From Octopus bimaculoides (Eukaryota), in contig NC_068981.1 in NCBI RefSeq assembly GCF_001194135.2, positions 115,634,430 through 115,698,429 of the forward strand: DNA of 64,000 nucleotides. Reading direction: 5' to 3'. Below, piece by piece: positions 13,401 through 26,600 of the stretch. Position numbers and translations under genes: made by a program. The notes beneath the pieces were generated by a model that made no database searches, was not told the origin of the DNA, and saw only the letters and a program-made list of their open reading frames with translations. Within the stretch, counting starts at the first letter, position 1. Each line of letters begins with the position of its first letter.

Positions 13401-16400
13401 TAGTACTACAAAAACAATTCTTGCTCCTCTGAACTCACAAACTGTGTATCACTCAATTCAACTGTCTCTCCTGATTCTGTCATTCTTACTGTTTTAAACC
13501 CCATCAGCCTTTCATTAAACACTTGACATGATCTTTTATAACCAGAACTGCAGTCCACATTGACCTAGGATTAGTAGGTTCCTCCTTCATAAACTAAATA
13601 ATGAAAACTGAAAAATAAATCTAGCCGTAGTCAATACTAATATCCTAATGTAATCTTCAACCCACTTAAAATAATTCATTAATGCCATTCGTCACAGACA
13701 TTACAATAAGCAGGATTAACCAAAGCATTATCTTCTTAGAATGCTTCAAGTAACTCTGAATTTAATTTTGAGAAGGAGTATTTTTTTATTTCCAATAGAA
13801 ACAGAATTATCATATGAAAAGCGCATGAAGCAATTGCACAAAATATGCACAATTCACGTTGAAGTGGAGAACATTTAGGTCTTGAATAGTTCAAAGAGTA
13901 TTCAAGGCTAAATAAAATATTACTTGGTTCTCAAAAAAAGCCAGCTCTATTTGATACAATACCCAAATGAAAGGCCCTACAGGTGTAAATTTTATAAGTA
14001 CTGACATGTAAAGTCCTAACATATAAAGTGGGAGTTTCTTTAAAGTTCATGGTAATAATACAAAATGGACAAAAATTTAGGAGAACAAATAAGGACAATT
14101 TTTGAAGGAAAAATGGAAAAAACCCACCGAGCATAGAGACGCTGAAAGATACAGAGGTTAAGAATACACGTCTTCAAGCCATCAACATCTCCACTTTCTT
14201 TAAGCAGCCATGGTAATTCATCAGCAACACGGCATGTCACATGACCAGGTCTGGAGAACACAAAGGTTATTTTTTTTTAGATTCATACACAAAAAGAAGA
14301 TATAATAAAGCAATAAAAAATATATCCTAAAATCCTTCAAAATGCAGCATAAAGGATTACAGAAATTTTTTGCCGTGTGCACAAATCATGAAATTTTATG
14401 CATTTCTTGGTGATATTTTACGGATGCACGAGAAGAAAAACCAAATAAGTGAATACAGGGGACCAATGAAGACTGAAGTTGAATGAATTCTTGAATGTGC
14501 ATGGCTAATGAATATAAAAGAGCAATGTTTTTATCAATGTAAGAGTGGTGACTACATTGTTACTGACAAGCAAAGATGTATGCTACTGAGATATAAGTTG
14601 AGTTGGTTGAATAAAATACTGATGTGTGAGAAAATTAAGGAAAACTAAACCAGATTGATAGACATTGCAGGATCATGGCAGTCCCACTGAACGCATCAGT
14701 AGAGAAGAACATACACTAAAAAGTTAATGGTGTTTTATATACTGTAAGAACACTTCACAGTACATTAAATGTCTAAATGGCCAAGTGGTGTTGTTCATTA
14801 GATCATAATTATTCATACAATCAATTTCATATTCTGAAATGAAAGGAAATATCAATATCTGCACTACGTTTTGATTGAACCAATCTCAAATTATTGTCAA
14901 ATATCTATTTTTTGGTGTGTACATTGTATGCTTTTATCAATGCATCAAGTGACTGACACACTGTGGATATGAGCATTCTTACACTTAATTTAGAGCTAAA
15001 GATTTTAGTTCAAATCCAGTTTAGTTCTCTGTACACAACCAAAAATAAGACATCTAATAGCGTTTTGAGTTAAAGTAATCAGAATGTATAGTAAACGTAA
15101 ACACTGATAACATTTGGGGAAAGGTGCAGTTAATTAAATTGATCGCATTATTGTAGCGATACCTTATCAATTCCAGAGAGGATAAAAGACAAAGCTGACT
15201 TTGGCAGTATTTGCACTCAGAACATGAAAGGTTGTAACTAAAGACTAATGATATTTTGTCCAGTGTTCTAACACTTTTGCCAATCAACAGCCCTCTGACA
15301 ATGCAGATGTAAATTTTTTTTTAAATGTTGAGAAATGGTCGTATTCAACATGCAGAAAAATAGGTGGAAATTCCACATGATGTACCAGTGTAAGCTGTAG
15401 ATGCACAAGAAGGATTACAGGCAATCTAAGAGAAAAGTGGTAGTGGTGGTGGTGGTAGTAGTGGCAGTCGGGATGTATAATATATCATTGGGTCTCTCAC
15501 TCTGTATACTCTTGTTAAGTCTCTATCTACTGTCCTATTCATCACCCTCTCACCAACAAAACCCTATCCTATACAGTGTAACACACTGTCAGTGTAATGA
15601 GAGATGGCATTTGAACTCTTAATTTCACCACTACCATTCTCATCATCATTCTACCTTTCTATCACCATCACCTTTCTATCATTGTGGTTTCCCTCCACCA
15701 TGATACCTGTGTAAAGATTTGTTCATATTTAGTAATCCTTACTGTCACCCTCTACTGCTAACTATTATTTTCTCTGCTGATATTTCACTCACTTGTTCAC
15801 CATTACCTATTGTCATTATCACTCTACTTCTTTTCCATCTTGATGCCCAAACAATTAGAGATGGAATTACACTTGTACATATTCTTACTTGCCATCACCT
15901 ATCTATTCTACTATCCCTCATCAACTCTCTCTCCTACAACACATCTTTTTTGATATTCTATCGTGTATGCTGATTTCTATTCAACCTCCTACCAACAACC
16001 AATATATAGCTATCACTGCTTCTTTTCATCTCCAGCCATCCAAAGACTGTTTCCTTGTCATGCTCACATTCATACTCTTTCCCCTTTCACCCTCCAGCAT
16101 TCCTCTTCTACTTGTTCTCCTGATAACACTTGCATTAAAAAGACAAAGACAGTAAAGGAGACTCTTAGTTTTGCAAGGGATCAAGGCCCTAGTGCTAGTA
16201 GCACAATAAAATGTACACAGTACACCTATGCAGTAGTTGACATTATAAAAGGTATCCAGTTATAGAAATCTCGGTGAAAATGATGGAATATATTAGTGAG
16301 CTGTGGTCCTTCATTCTGTTTAGGAAGGCAGTAACTTCAAATAAGAACTTGGACAACAATGACCTGTCCAACCCATGCCAGCATATAAAGCAGGTGTAAA

Positions 16401-19400
16401 TCAACAATGATGATACTGTTGTTTCTTCTTTACAGATGAAGCTAATGGTGCAGATAATTATAAGCCTATTTCTTAATACTGTTTCCAATAAGGTTTACTC
16501 CTATCTATTTCAAGGTCAAGGTTTTACTCAAAATCTCTAATAAGGTAACAGGGTGACTACAAGAAAATTAATCTGACAACATGGTCCAACCTCAGTCATA
16601 GCATCTATGTTCTCCAGCTGACTAAGCTTCAGTGTGATAATTAGTATGTATATAAACTAGTAAGAAATAGTAACGAATAAGAAAAAGTGTAATCTTGTGT
16701 CTTACCGGAGCAATCCACTGAAATGGGCTATCAATAGTTGACGAGTTTCCACTACATCTTCTTCATTCTGGTCTCGCTTGAAACAGAACACATACAATGC
16801 CTCTGTCGTCTTTAAAGAGAAGAGAGTAATAAAACTATCAACAACATTCACTTATTTCAAGAGAGTAAGGTGAATGTTTTTAGGGGGAGAAGGTATAGAC
16901 AATTGAATTAAGTCCAACATATTGCAGATGGAGGAGCAGATGGTAATGTATACCATAGTGGGATGTGAACTTTGAGCAGAAAGGATGAAAACAAAATATC
17001 TGAAAGAGTGTAGACTAGTATTCTTGCTAAATCACCATTTTTTAGTGCTGTCAGTAGGACTAGAAAGTGATAACAGCTTGTGGCAGTTATAAATTTATTC
17101 AGACTAGATCCTTGTCTTGGATCTTATTGGCATGATATTTCAGCTGCTGTACCTTCTGGCCTTCTTCAGGTATCTGTTGTATATGGTAATATTCTTGGAA
17201 CTTCCATGCAGATATATTGTTCTCATTCCACTGTCCAGATCTAGGATATTTTTGAATTAGTTATTCTCCTACCTGCAATGTCTCTTACTTGTTCTGCCTG
17301 AACTTCAATATATATAGATTAACTAAACACTAATTGAACTTATGCTTGCTAGGTTATGACAACATTTAACAACTGAAATTTAAAACTTATATTCACTATT
17401 CTTTTGTTCTGTAGAACAATAAAGTAACAGGAATAAGGAGTTGTAAACATATTTTTTAATGGTCCTTCAAACTTAGTCTACTGATAAGGTTAAGAAATCT
17501 CAAGATTTTTCCAGTTATCTTTCATTATTGTTCCCTCTCTATTATCTTGACTTTTTCCCTACAGTGATTAGTGACTTACATTTTCTTTCCACAAATGATC
17601 AGCTAGACTTACTTCTGTGCTCAATATCAGCAAATTCAGAGAGAACACAAAGGATAGCAAAAAAGAGCTGGGCATGCTCTTGTAAAGATCAAATATCATT
17701 TATGTAGTGAAATCTTCGACAGGCAAAATCATTCCTAGATCAAATAATGTTTGATATTGACAAAAAAAAAATTCAACAATATCTGCACAAGGTCAAGGCA
17801 GGCCAAATATAGAAACTAGAGGGAATGAAAGATCATAGTATGAAATACAAAATGGCTCATTATCAACTTGTGAAAGCAGTCAGCACAATGTCTGGATAGA
17901 CCTCTGGAAGAGAAACAGGGAGAAGAGAGAAAGAAAGACAAAAACAAAGACATGTAAGGATGAAAATGGAAAGAACTTTATATTTTGCCCTTCCCCTGTT
18001 GTAAAGCTCAAAATAAAGCAAATATCAACACTATATATTTTTGATTTTTTTTAATTAGCACTGAAACTTTACTCAAGACTGTGTTTTTGGATCCACTTGT
18101 GTTGTATCTTTGACAAAAAAGATGTTAATTGTTTTACCTGTAATGAAGCCTTATAGAGTAACAAACAAACAAACAAACAAACAAACAAACAAAAAATACA
18201 AAGAAAAAACCCTTTTTTATGGTTGTTTCAAGTGAAAGCTGTCAACACTTTCTGAGCAACAAATATAAACACAACTATAGCAATAAGAAAACAAAACTGA
18301 CCTGTTCATGTGCTGGCATCACTAGACCTGTCTGGTATTTGAGAATTAACTGATCACAGAGTGCATTAAAAATTGGTGTCCATATCGACCATGTGAGTCC
18401 AGGCACCAATGCCAGAAGTTCGTTTTCATTAAGTCCATTACGGCTTACACAAAGTAGTTTCAGGATCTTAAGAGAAAAGACATGAAAGCAAAAAGACAAT
18501 TCTAGTATTCTTGTCAAGAGACACAATTGAACTTTTAATCAAAATTGAGTCAGGAGTTAATTATGGGTACCTTATATATATATTAAATTTGTAATCATAT
18601 TTGTTTACATATACATGTATATAATGAGTAAATATTTGGTTAAATATTTACGTACTAGACACGTTGTGTATGTAAGCATAGTTACATATACATATACAAA
18701 CTAGAATTATATATGTAAACATATATATATATATGCATGTATACATACTGCACATGTGTGAAAGTTCTAACAACAGATGGCTTGCTGGCCATTTTGCATC
18801 TTGATAGCATTTAGATCAAGCAGGTCTGGGAGTTCAAATATCTTGGCTCACTAAATGCAAAGAAGAAAGTGGTGTCAACAGCAGAGATCAACTGTTGAGT
18901 TGGATCTGCAGCTAATGTGTTTGCATCCCTTTGACGGTGTGTCTGGAAGAGCCCAACATCTCCTAAAGACCAAGATCCCTCTTTTCTACATGCTGGTTCT
19001 GCTTGTCTTCCTCTACAGCACTGAGACCTGGACCATTCCTGGACAAGATCAAGGTGTTCCAAATGCAGTGTCTTCATCAGGTCCTTGGTGTCTTTCTACA
19101 CAAATGAATCTCAAACAACAACATCCAAGAACTATGCCAGCAGAAGCCAACCATTGAAGACCAAGTCCAGCAGTGCAGGCAACAGTGGTTTGGCCACCTC
19201 AGCATGATGAGCACCAGAAGACTATCCTACCAACTTTTATGGAAGCAGTAACCCATACACTGGAGGATCCAGCACATTGCACCAAAGAAAATATGGGTGA
19301 AACAAACTGAAGAAGATCTGAGGTCACAGCACCTCAGCCTCAAACATGGTGCAGGCCATGGATTGGAAAGTGTGGAATAACCTTATGACCAGAGTTCACC

Positions 19401-20323
19401 ATCCTGTGGCACTCATAGCAGCATATTGGTTGAAAGGACAGCCTCCCACTCCAGTTGTCATCTAGGGATTTTACTTACTTACTTACCAACTTACATATGT
19501 TGTGTATGTTAACATATTCATATACATGTACACTTACTGGACATGTGCATATATAGACATATTTACATATATGCATATATACTGGACGTGTATATATATA
19601 TCATATTTACATGTAAGTATATATATGTGATGTTAACATATTTACTTATATGTGTACATATTTTCTTTCGTAAAAGCAACACCAGAATCTCAACAGATTG
19701 GAATTAGATTATACTCAAGATCCCATCAAGGTTCTAATTGGTATTGCAATTGTGGTAGTCTAGTTTCTGACCATGAGCTCTAAAATGATCTTCACATAAA
19801 TCAAAGTAGAATTCCTGACACAATTAGATCATGTTAAATGCTGAAAAGTATTGTGTAAAACTAGACTTGTCATGGCAGTATCATGTTGCTTTTACTTGCA
19901 GATTACATTAAAGGTATAACTTTGATAGTCTGTATCGAATTCAGTGTTGCACTGTGTTGTTGGCAAAAAGCTACTAGCTTCTCAATAGCTGAGTTCACCT
20001 AGTTGAAACCTCATACCATGTGAAAGGCAGCACAAAACACCATTGTAAATAATATGATTGTTGTATGNNNNNNNNNNNNNNNNNNNNNNNNNNNNNNNNN
20101 NNNNNNNNNNNNNNNNNNNNNNNNNNNNNNNNNNNNNNNNNNNNNNNNNNNNNNNNNNNNNNNNNNNNNNNNNNNNNNNNNNNNNNNNNNNNNNNNNNNN
20201 NNNNNNNNNNNNNNNNNNNNNNNNNNNNNNNNNNNNNNNNNNNNNNNNNNNNNNNNNNNNNNNNNNNNNNNNNNNNNNNNNNNNNNNNNNNNNNNNNNNN
20301 NNNNNNNNNNNNNNNNNNNNNNN

Positions 20324-20364
<41 letters not shown>

Positions 20365-20737
20365 ATCTATCTATCTATCTATCACTCGAAAGTTATTGGA
20401 ACAAATTTGACACCTATATCCATGCGTTTGAAAACACACAGAGTATAAGGGTACTACTAAAGCAGAGTGGTCCTGAACGCGCAGTCGTGCGTCCGCGCTA
20501 GCTAGTCGTGAGTGGTCGATCCTATTATTTTTAAACTTCAAACTTCATTTGTTTTCTATTTTGATAAATTCTCTCTGTTGAAAATTATATTTTCATATTT
20601 TAAATAATTTGCAATTTCAGAAAATATATTTTTATATTAAATTTGTGTTTTCTAATTTGATAAATTCTACGGACACAAACAGAGGTGAACAAGTGATAAA
20701 TAGATAGATAGATATATATATAGAGAGAGAGCTAGTG

Positions 20738-20768
<31 letters not shown>

Positions 20769-23600
20769 TAGATAGCTCCGGCTAGTCATGGTATTAGCTG
20801 TCAGTAGCCAAAGAATCAACTTTCACTTCTGAAAGCTAATACCATGACAGTGCCCAAATATTTAATGGTATGGAGTTCAAGGTAAGTTATGACATAGAAT
20901 TGTCTTCTGATAATGGTACTAGATAGAAAAAAACAAAGAAAGAAAATTACCTGCACCATGATGTCCTTTGTATTTTCTGACTCCCAAATAGTCTGCACTT
21001 TGTCTAAGACACAAACATATAGATCTACTGTGTCATTGCAGGACAGGATGTCTTTCAGATATTCCTTAGACTTCTCACTACGCTTCACTGTCCTGAGACA
21101 AAAAAAAAAAAAAAACAGAGAGAAAAACACAAAATTATAGTAAATTATATTATTATTTAAATAACTGATATTTTTATTTTTATTGATTTTGGAAAAATGA
21201 AAAATGAAGTTGTTAGCTGTATATGAAGTGTGAAGGTTTATCAGTATTAAAGATATACAGATTTTCTTTTAACATAAAAAGACAAATAGGAAGCTATGGT
21301 AATTATAATACTTGGCAAAAAAAAACAAAAAAAACAAAATGGTGCATCAGCTATGGTAAATAGACAATTGTCAATAAAGTGAATAGTTTTATTATTAAGA
21401 GAGAAGAGCAGTAGCCTTCATCGTTGTATGTGTTTCTAGAATGGCCAGGTTGGTATGACTGAGCTCCAGTTTGTAAACAGAAACTTATAAGAAATATGTG
21501 AGAATGGAGGGGATACCAAGGAGAACAACACTAAAGAGGAATTATTACGGAAATTTTCTTAGTGCAGGGATAAGTAGAGGACTGGGGGCGAAATACAGTA
21601 TAGGAGATAAAAGGAGGAGAGAGAGTTATATAAGGTATGCTTTAAAAAGGCAGAGGTAAGACAGTACTGCATCCAAGCTAGTGGTTGTACTGTACTGGTC
21701 AGTGAATCTTTGCTAATTAGAGCTGAAGTATTTTCCTTCCACAAAGAAAAAGCCTAGTCGTTGTGATTGACAATGTATTTATATATAATATTGTCATGAG
21801 AGATTATAAGTGATTGTGAGGCCTATCACTTGCAGTGCTGCTTAGTTGTTTGCTCTTAATGCATATGTGGAAAAACTTATTAGTGTAGTGATTGTGTCTT
21901 TGTGCTATTAAAAGATTCAAGATTATCAGGTCCCCATTGGAGGATGTTTTTGAAGTGCTTGATTACAAAAACAATGTATGAATGGTGTGTATGCACTTGT
22001 ATGTGGAAGATTAAAGAATAATGAAGAGTGGTACCATCTTACATGGGAGTATGTAGTTAGAAGTAATAACAAGAAGGTCAATAATGTACTCAAGGAAGTA
22101 TTAGCCAAATCTAGTAGTTTAACTCCAGATTTGATAGAAAAAGCCTAACGAACATGAACTGCAATGGGGTAAACTGAGAGAAAATTCATGATCCAGGAAA
22201 GGAGAGACGGATAAGAGTATCTCAGTAGATAATTTAGTTAGGATGTTCTTATGTTAGATATAGATTAAAGCTGAAATTGATGACATCAAAGAGAAAAATT
22301 CATGTTCCTATCTGAAGGCTGAAGATTACTAGCAAGTGATATAAGAAAATATGGATGTGGCAAAATGGAAAACCAAAAGGCTGGTTATTGCAAAAGATGA
22401 AGAAGGTGCCTGCTCCCATTACTTCTGTGACACATGGTTCCATGTTCTTTTAGATTATGTAGACAAAGAAACTGTCAGCTAATTCAATTGTTTTACCAGC
22501 AGAAGTTCATCATGCTTGAACAATGGCAGATAAACAGATTGTTCACAGTTTGAGGAGATACTCTTAGTAATGGTTTGGGTACAGTTTAGAAGTCAAGAGA
22601 GTCTGCAAGCTGTATGGAGTACGAAAGCATCATTTGCTTTTCTGATGCTTGTTTTACAGTTAAGGAGAGTGTTGTTGACTGGATGATGCTTGATAAACGG
22701 TTTTGTTAATCTTATACTTGCAGTTATCAGATTGGCAGAATTCTAACAGCATTGGATGTCTTGCATTGCAGTATTTATTCAGGAATTCTTGTGTTCTGAG
22801 TTTTTGCTCAGGTTAACTTTGCCTTTCATCCATCTAGAGGTTGATAAATAAAGTACCAGTCTAAGATGATAGACTGGTGGGATTGTTAAAACTTCAGATG
22901 GAATGCCTTGTGATACTTGATCTGGTTTGTTTTGAGTTTAAATACCACAGCAGCCTACTTGGATAGTAGAGCTAATTTATTTACTGATTGACTGCAACCA
23001 CCTGATTCTTGGATGTCTTTAGTGAAGCCTACTCTGTTGCAAGCATATAGACCAGGTTTCTGATTTGAAGATACCTCCCACTATTTTGAAAGCACTGTAG
23101 GAGGCACAACTTTTAATTCTCTTCAATGAGTAAGAAATTGCATATTACATTTGCTGCCATGAACTGGTGAACCTCAACCAGTTAACCAAGAAGTAGTACC
23201 AGTGAGTTTGGAGTAGGTTAAGAGTTACTGAGCAATAGAAAGATGTAAGTCTGTATCGAATTCAGTGTTGCACTGTGTTGTTGGCAAAAAGCTACTAGCT
23301 TCTCAATAGCTGAGTTCACCTAGTTGAAACCTCATACCATGTGAAAGGCAGCACAAAACACCATTGTAAATAATATGATTGTTGTATGACTAAACTTTGC
23401 TCAACTGAATTTCCTCCAAAGGCAAAACCTGCTATAAATTGGTGCCCAATCCAGCAGGTGATACAGTTCAAATATTGGCACTGTCATGGTATTAGCTGTC
23501 AGAAGTGAAAGTAGAAAAATCTGACAAGGAACGTTACTGCTGGTTTGAGTTGATTCTTTGGCTACTGACAGCTAATACCATAACTGGCCGGAGCGAGCTA

Positions 23601-23635
<35 letters not shown>

Positions 23636-26600
23636 ATCTATCTATCTATCTATCACTGGGCAATGACTGCAGATAGAGTGATGAATAGGGTAGAGGATTA
23701 GTATGTCAGTTAGGATTGAGAAAAGAAAATTTTGAGTCAAAGTAACTAGAAATATTTGTTATTGATATCTAGAGGAGACAGTTAAGTTATAAAAAGTGTG
23801 GGTTCTTCATATATATATATAGACATCACCTTAAGAAACAAAGTTGGAATATACAAAGAGTATAGCAGGACAATAGAGATAGGCTTGTATTTCAGAGTTT
23901 CAGACAGATGTGTTGTATTAGATACATAAATATAGACAACTACCTACAATTTGTATCAGAAGTAGTTTTAGTTTCTGCAAATATTATCTACAAATGGTAC
24001 AACTATCATACCATCCATAAACGGTAGAACATGGCAATAAGATTAAAATTAATCAGGATTTAAACTTTAATCTAGAAAATTATTTAACATTTGACCATCG
24101 CCTATTTGTAGAGTTGTCAACCTCTTATGTTAAATATTAAATATTAAATCCAACTTCTCTGCATAAAAATAGTTAGAGCACATTTGCTACTACACTACAT
24201 ATGACTATTGCAAACAACATATGTAACATGGTTCTAGGATAAACTAGTGTTTATTTAACATGATAAATCTGGTGCTGGACCCATAGACCACTCCAATATA
24301 TGTGATAGCAACCTCTGAGTCATCCATCCCAATGAAGTAATAGCTAAGAAGAATGGGTTGAAAAAATGTGTTTGCAAAAATAATCCTCAGAATAAGTTAA
24401 ATATATGTGAGTTGAGAAAGCTGATGGCTATTTAAAGCATTAATCAATGTACAAAGCAGAAATGACTTGTTTTGTAGAAACATTTAATGCTCAGAAGTAT
24501 CTGGAGTTGACAGTGGAGGATACATGTGACAAAGATAGAAAAAAAAATTCTGAAAAAAGGCAGAAAGATCAAATCAAACGTTGCTAGGTTGTCAAACAAG
24601 ATAATGAAAGATCAAGATAAAGAGGTATATATTGTACAGCAGTCACATCAAAACATTAATGTTTAAACAATTATGATAATTATGGAGTCAGCCAATAATT
24701 GTGGAGACATTGATGTAAGGCATAATGTCATATATTTAAGATTGTGACTGAGTATTGTAAAATTAAAAGTCACTTACCATACAATATGTCGAGTTAAAAC
24801 CATAGTAAACAGTGGTGCACAAGTGTCATCAGTCTGGCAGTGTTCTAGGAAACTGGTCTCTTCTTCTTGACTCAAACGAATGTCAAACAAAGCTAGCTCT
24901 GCCCTGAGAAGTTCTTTGACATTTTTCTTGCTTAATGGATCTAGATGAAGTGTTGCCCATTGTCTAGAAGTAGAAAATTCAGAATAACAACCAGACTTTT
25001 AATTTTTACTTATTTTTGTGTGTTTTACCATTGTTCCCAAATATTTCATACTTGTATTGGCAGACTGGCTTTTCAAAAGAAAAACACATTTGTATATTAA
25101 TATAAATATCTTTGTCCAGCAATTATTTAAAGGAATTTTTTTCATCGTTCTTTAATGTTAATGTGTAAGGATAACACATAGAGGACTATGTAATCACTTA
25201 GTTTGATAGAATTTCAACCATCTTAAAAAAGGAAGGATTTACTGGAACAATGTAGTCTTAAATATAATAAAAAAAGATAAAACTGTCATAGTTGAAAAGC
25301 TTTTGATCATAGGTCTGCTCAATCAGGCTGACCTGGGGCTAAAAAACAACAGCATATCACAATACCTTATACTATATGTAATAAATAGTGTTTGTTAGAA
25401 TTTTAAGATAAGGCTAGTATGTGTATTATGGCAAAATAAGATTCTCAGTTTCTATAATAAAAGTTCATTAACCTTCCTCTCTTATATATTCCTGGTATTC
25501 AGTTCCCTGACTATAGATATTTAGGCTTAGCAGCAGGGAGCTCAATATCCTTTGTACTCTATAACTTGCAAAAATAGATCTAAAAGATTTGCTTTATGTT
25601 GATGTTTGTAACAATGACTTGCATGTGACAATTCCTTTTTAGGTGACACTACTTACAGAAGATGCCTCTTTGAGTCCAAGAAAACTGATGCGTGTAATTT
25701 ATAATATCTTACCTCCAAGACTGTGGACAAGACTTTTCATTTACGGTTGCTATCACATGAACACCAACAGGCAACGGATCCAATAACCACTTGAGGTGTT
25801 CTTCAGCTTCCTTGAGAAGATGAAAAAAAAAAAAAAAAATGAAAGGAAATAAACAAAAAACACCCTGAATCCTGTAATCTAATTTGCAGAATTAAAATGG
25901 TTGAGTGTGTAAGGTATTAGAGCACAAGTTCTTAAGTTGGAAGTTCATACTGTAATCTAACTACATACCTCATCTGCCTAATTTGAAAGAATTAATATCA
26001 AGTCTTTCTCAAAAAATATTAAACAGAGTATCCTATTCCTTAGAAAAGAGTTGGCAGTGATACGTTTTTGATCTTTTTAAGACAATTGAAACTGGAATTG
26101 TGAATTGGACTCCTGATAATTTTAAGAAGTCTAACTTAATTCCAAATTTCCTAATTTACAAAGTCTCATCATAAACTCGGTATATTTCCAACAGCAGTAC
26201 CAAAAATGACTACATAGACACACTGCCCTAGAGAATCCTGAGCAATGGCTGCTGCTATTGTAGCAATCACTCTCTCTTTGTTTTTTAAGGAACTTAATAT
26301 AATTATCATATTCCTTCAGTCATACCAGCAAAGTCAGCATTCTACAAAATGTATATGTCCCTTAATCCCTGAGAGTCTTTAAGGGTTGGTGCTTAACTTT
26401 GGTTTCATGACAGTAGATATATGAAAGATAAATCTCAACCATGAGTTAGTTGTCATTCTGTTCAGTATGAGATCTCAGAAAATCTTAAAACTATTTCTGG
26501 CAGTTAGGTAACAGAAAATCAGAAATGTTCTACCCAAATGCACAACAAAGACTTGCTGCAGATTTGAACTAAAAACTTTTGAGTTGCTGGTCCAATACCA

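Noticed and set aside
21400-22560. Purine-rich region that might be a decayed LINE ORF1
   Set aside because: No motif recognisable with confidence; needs a repeat-library search.
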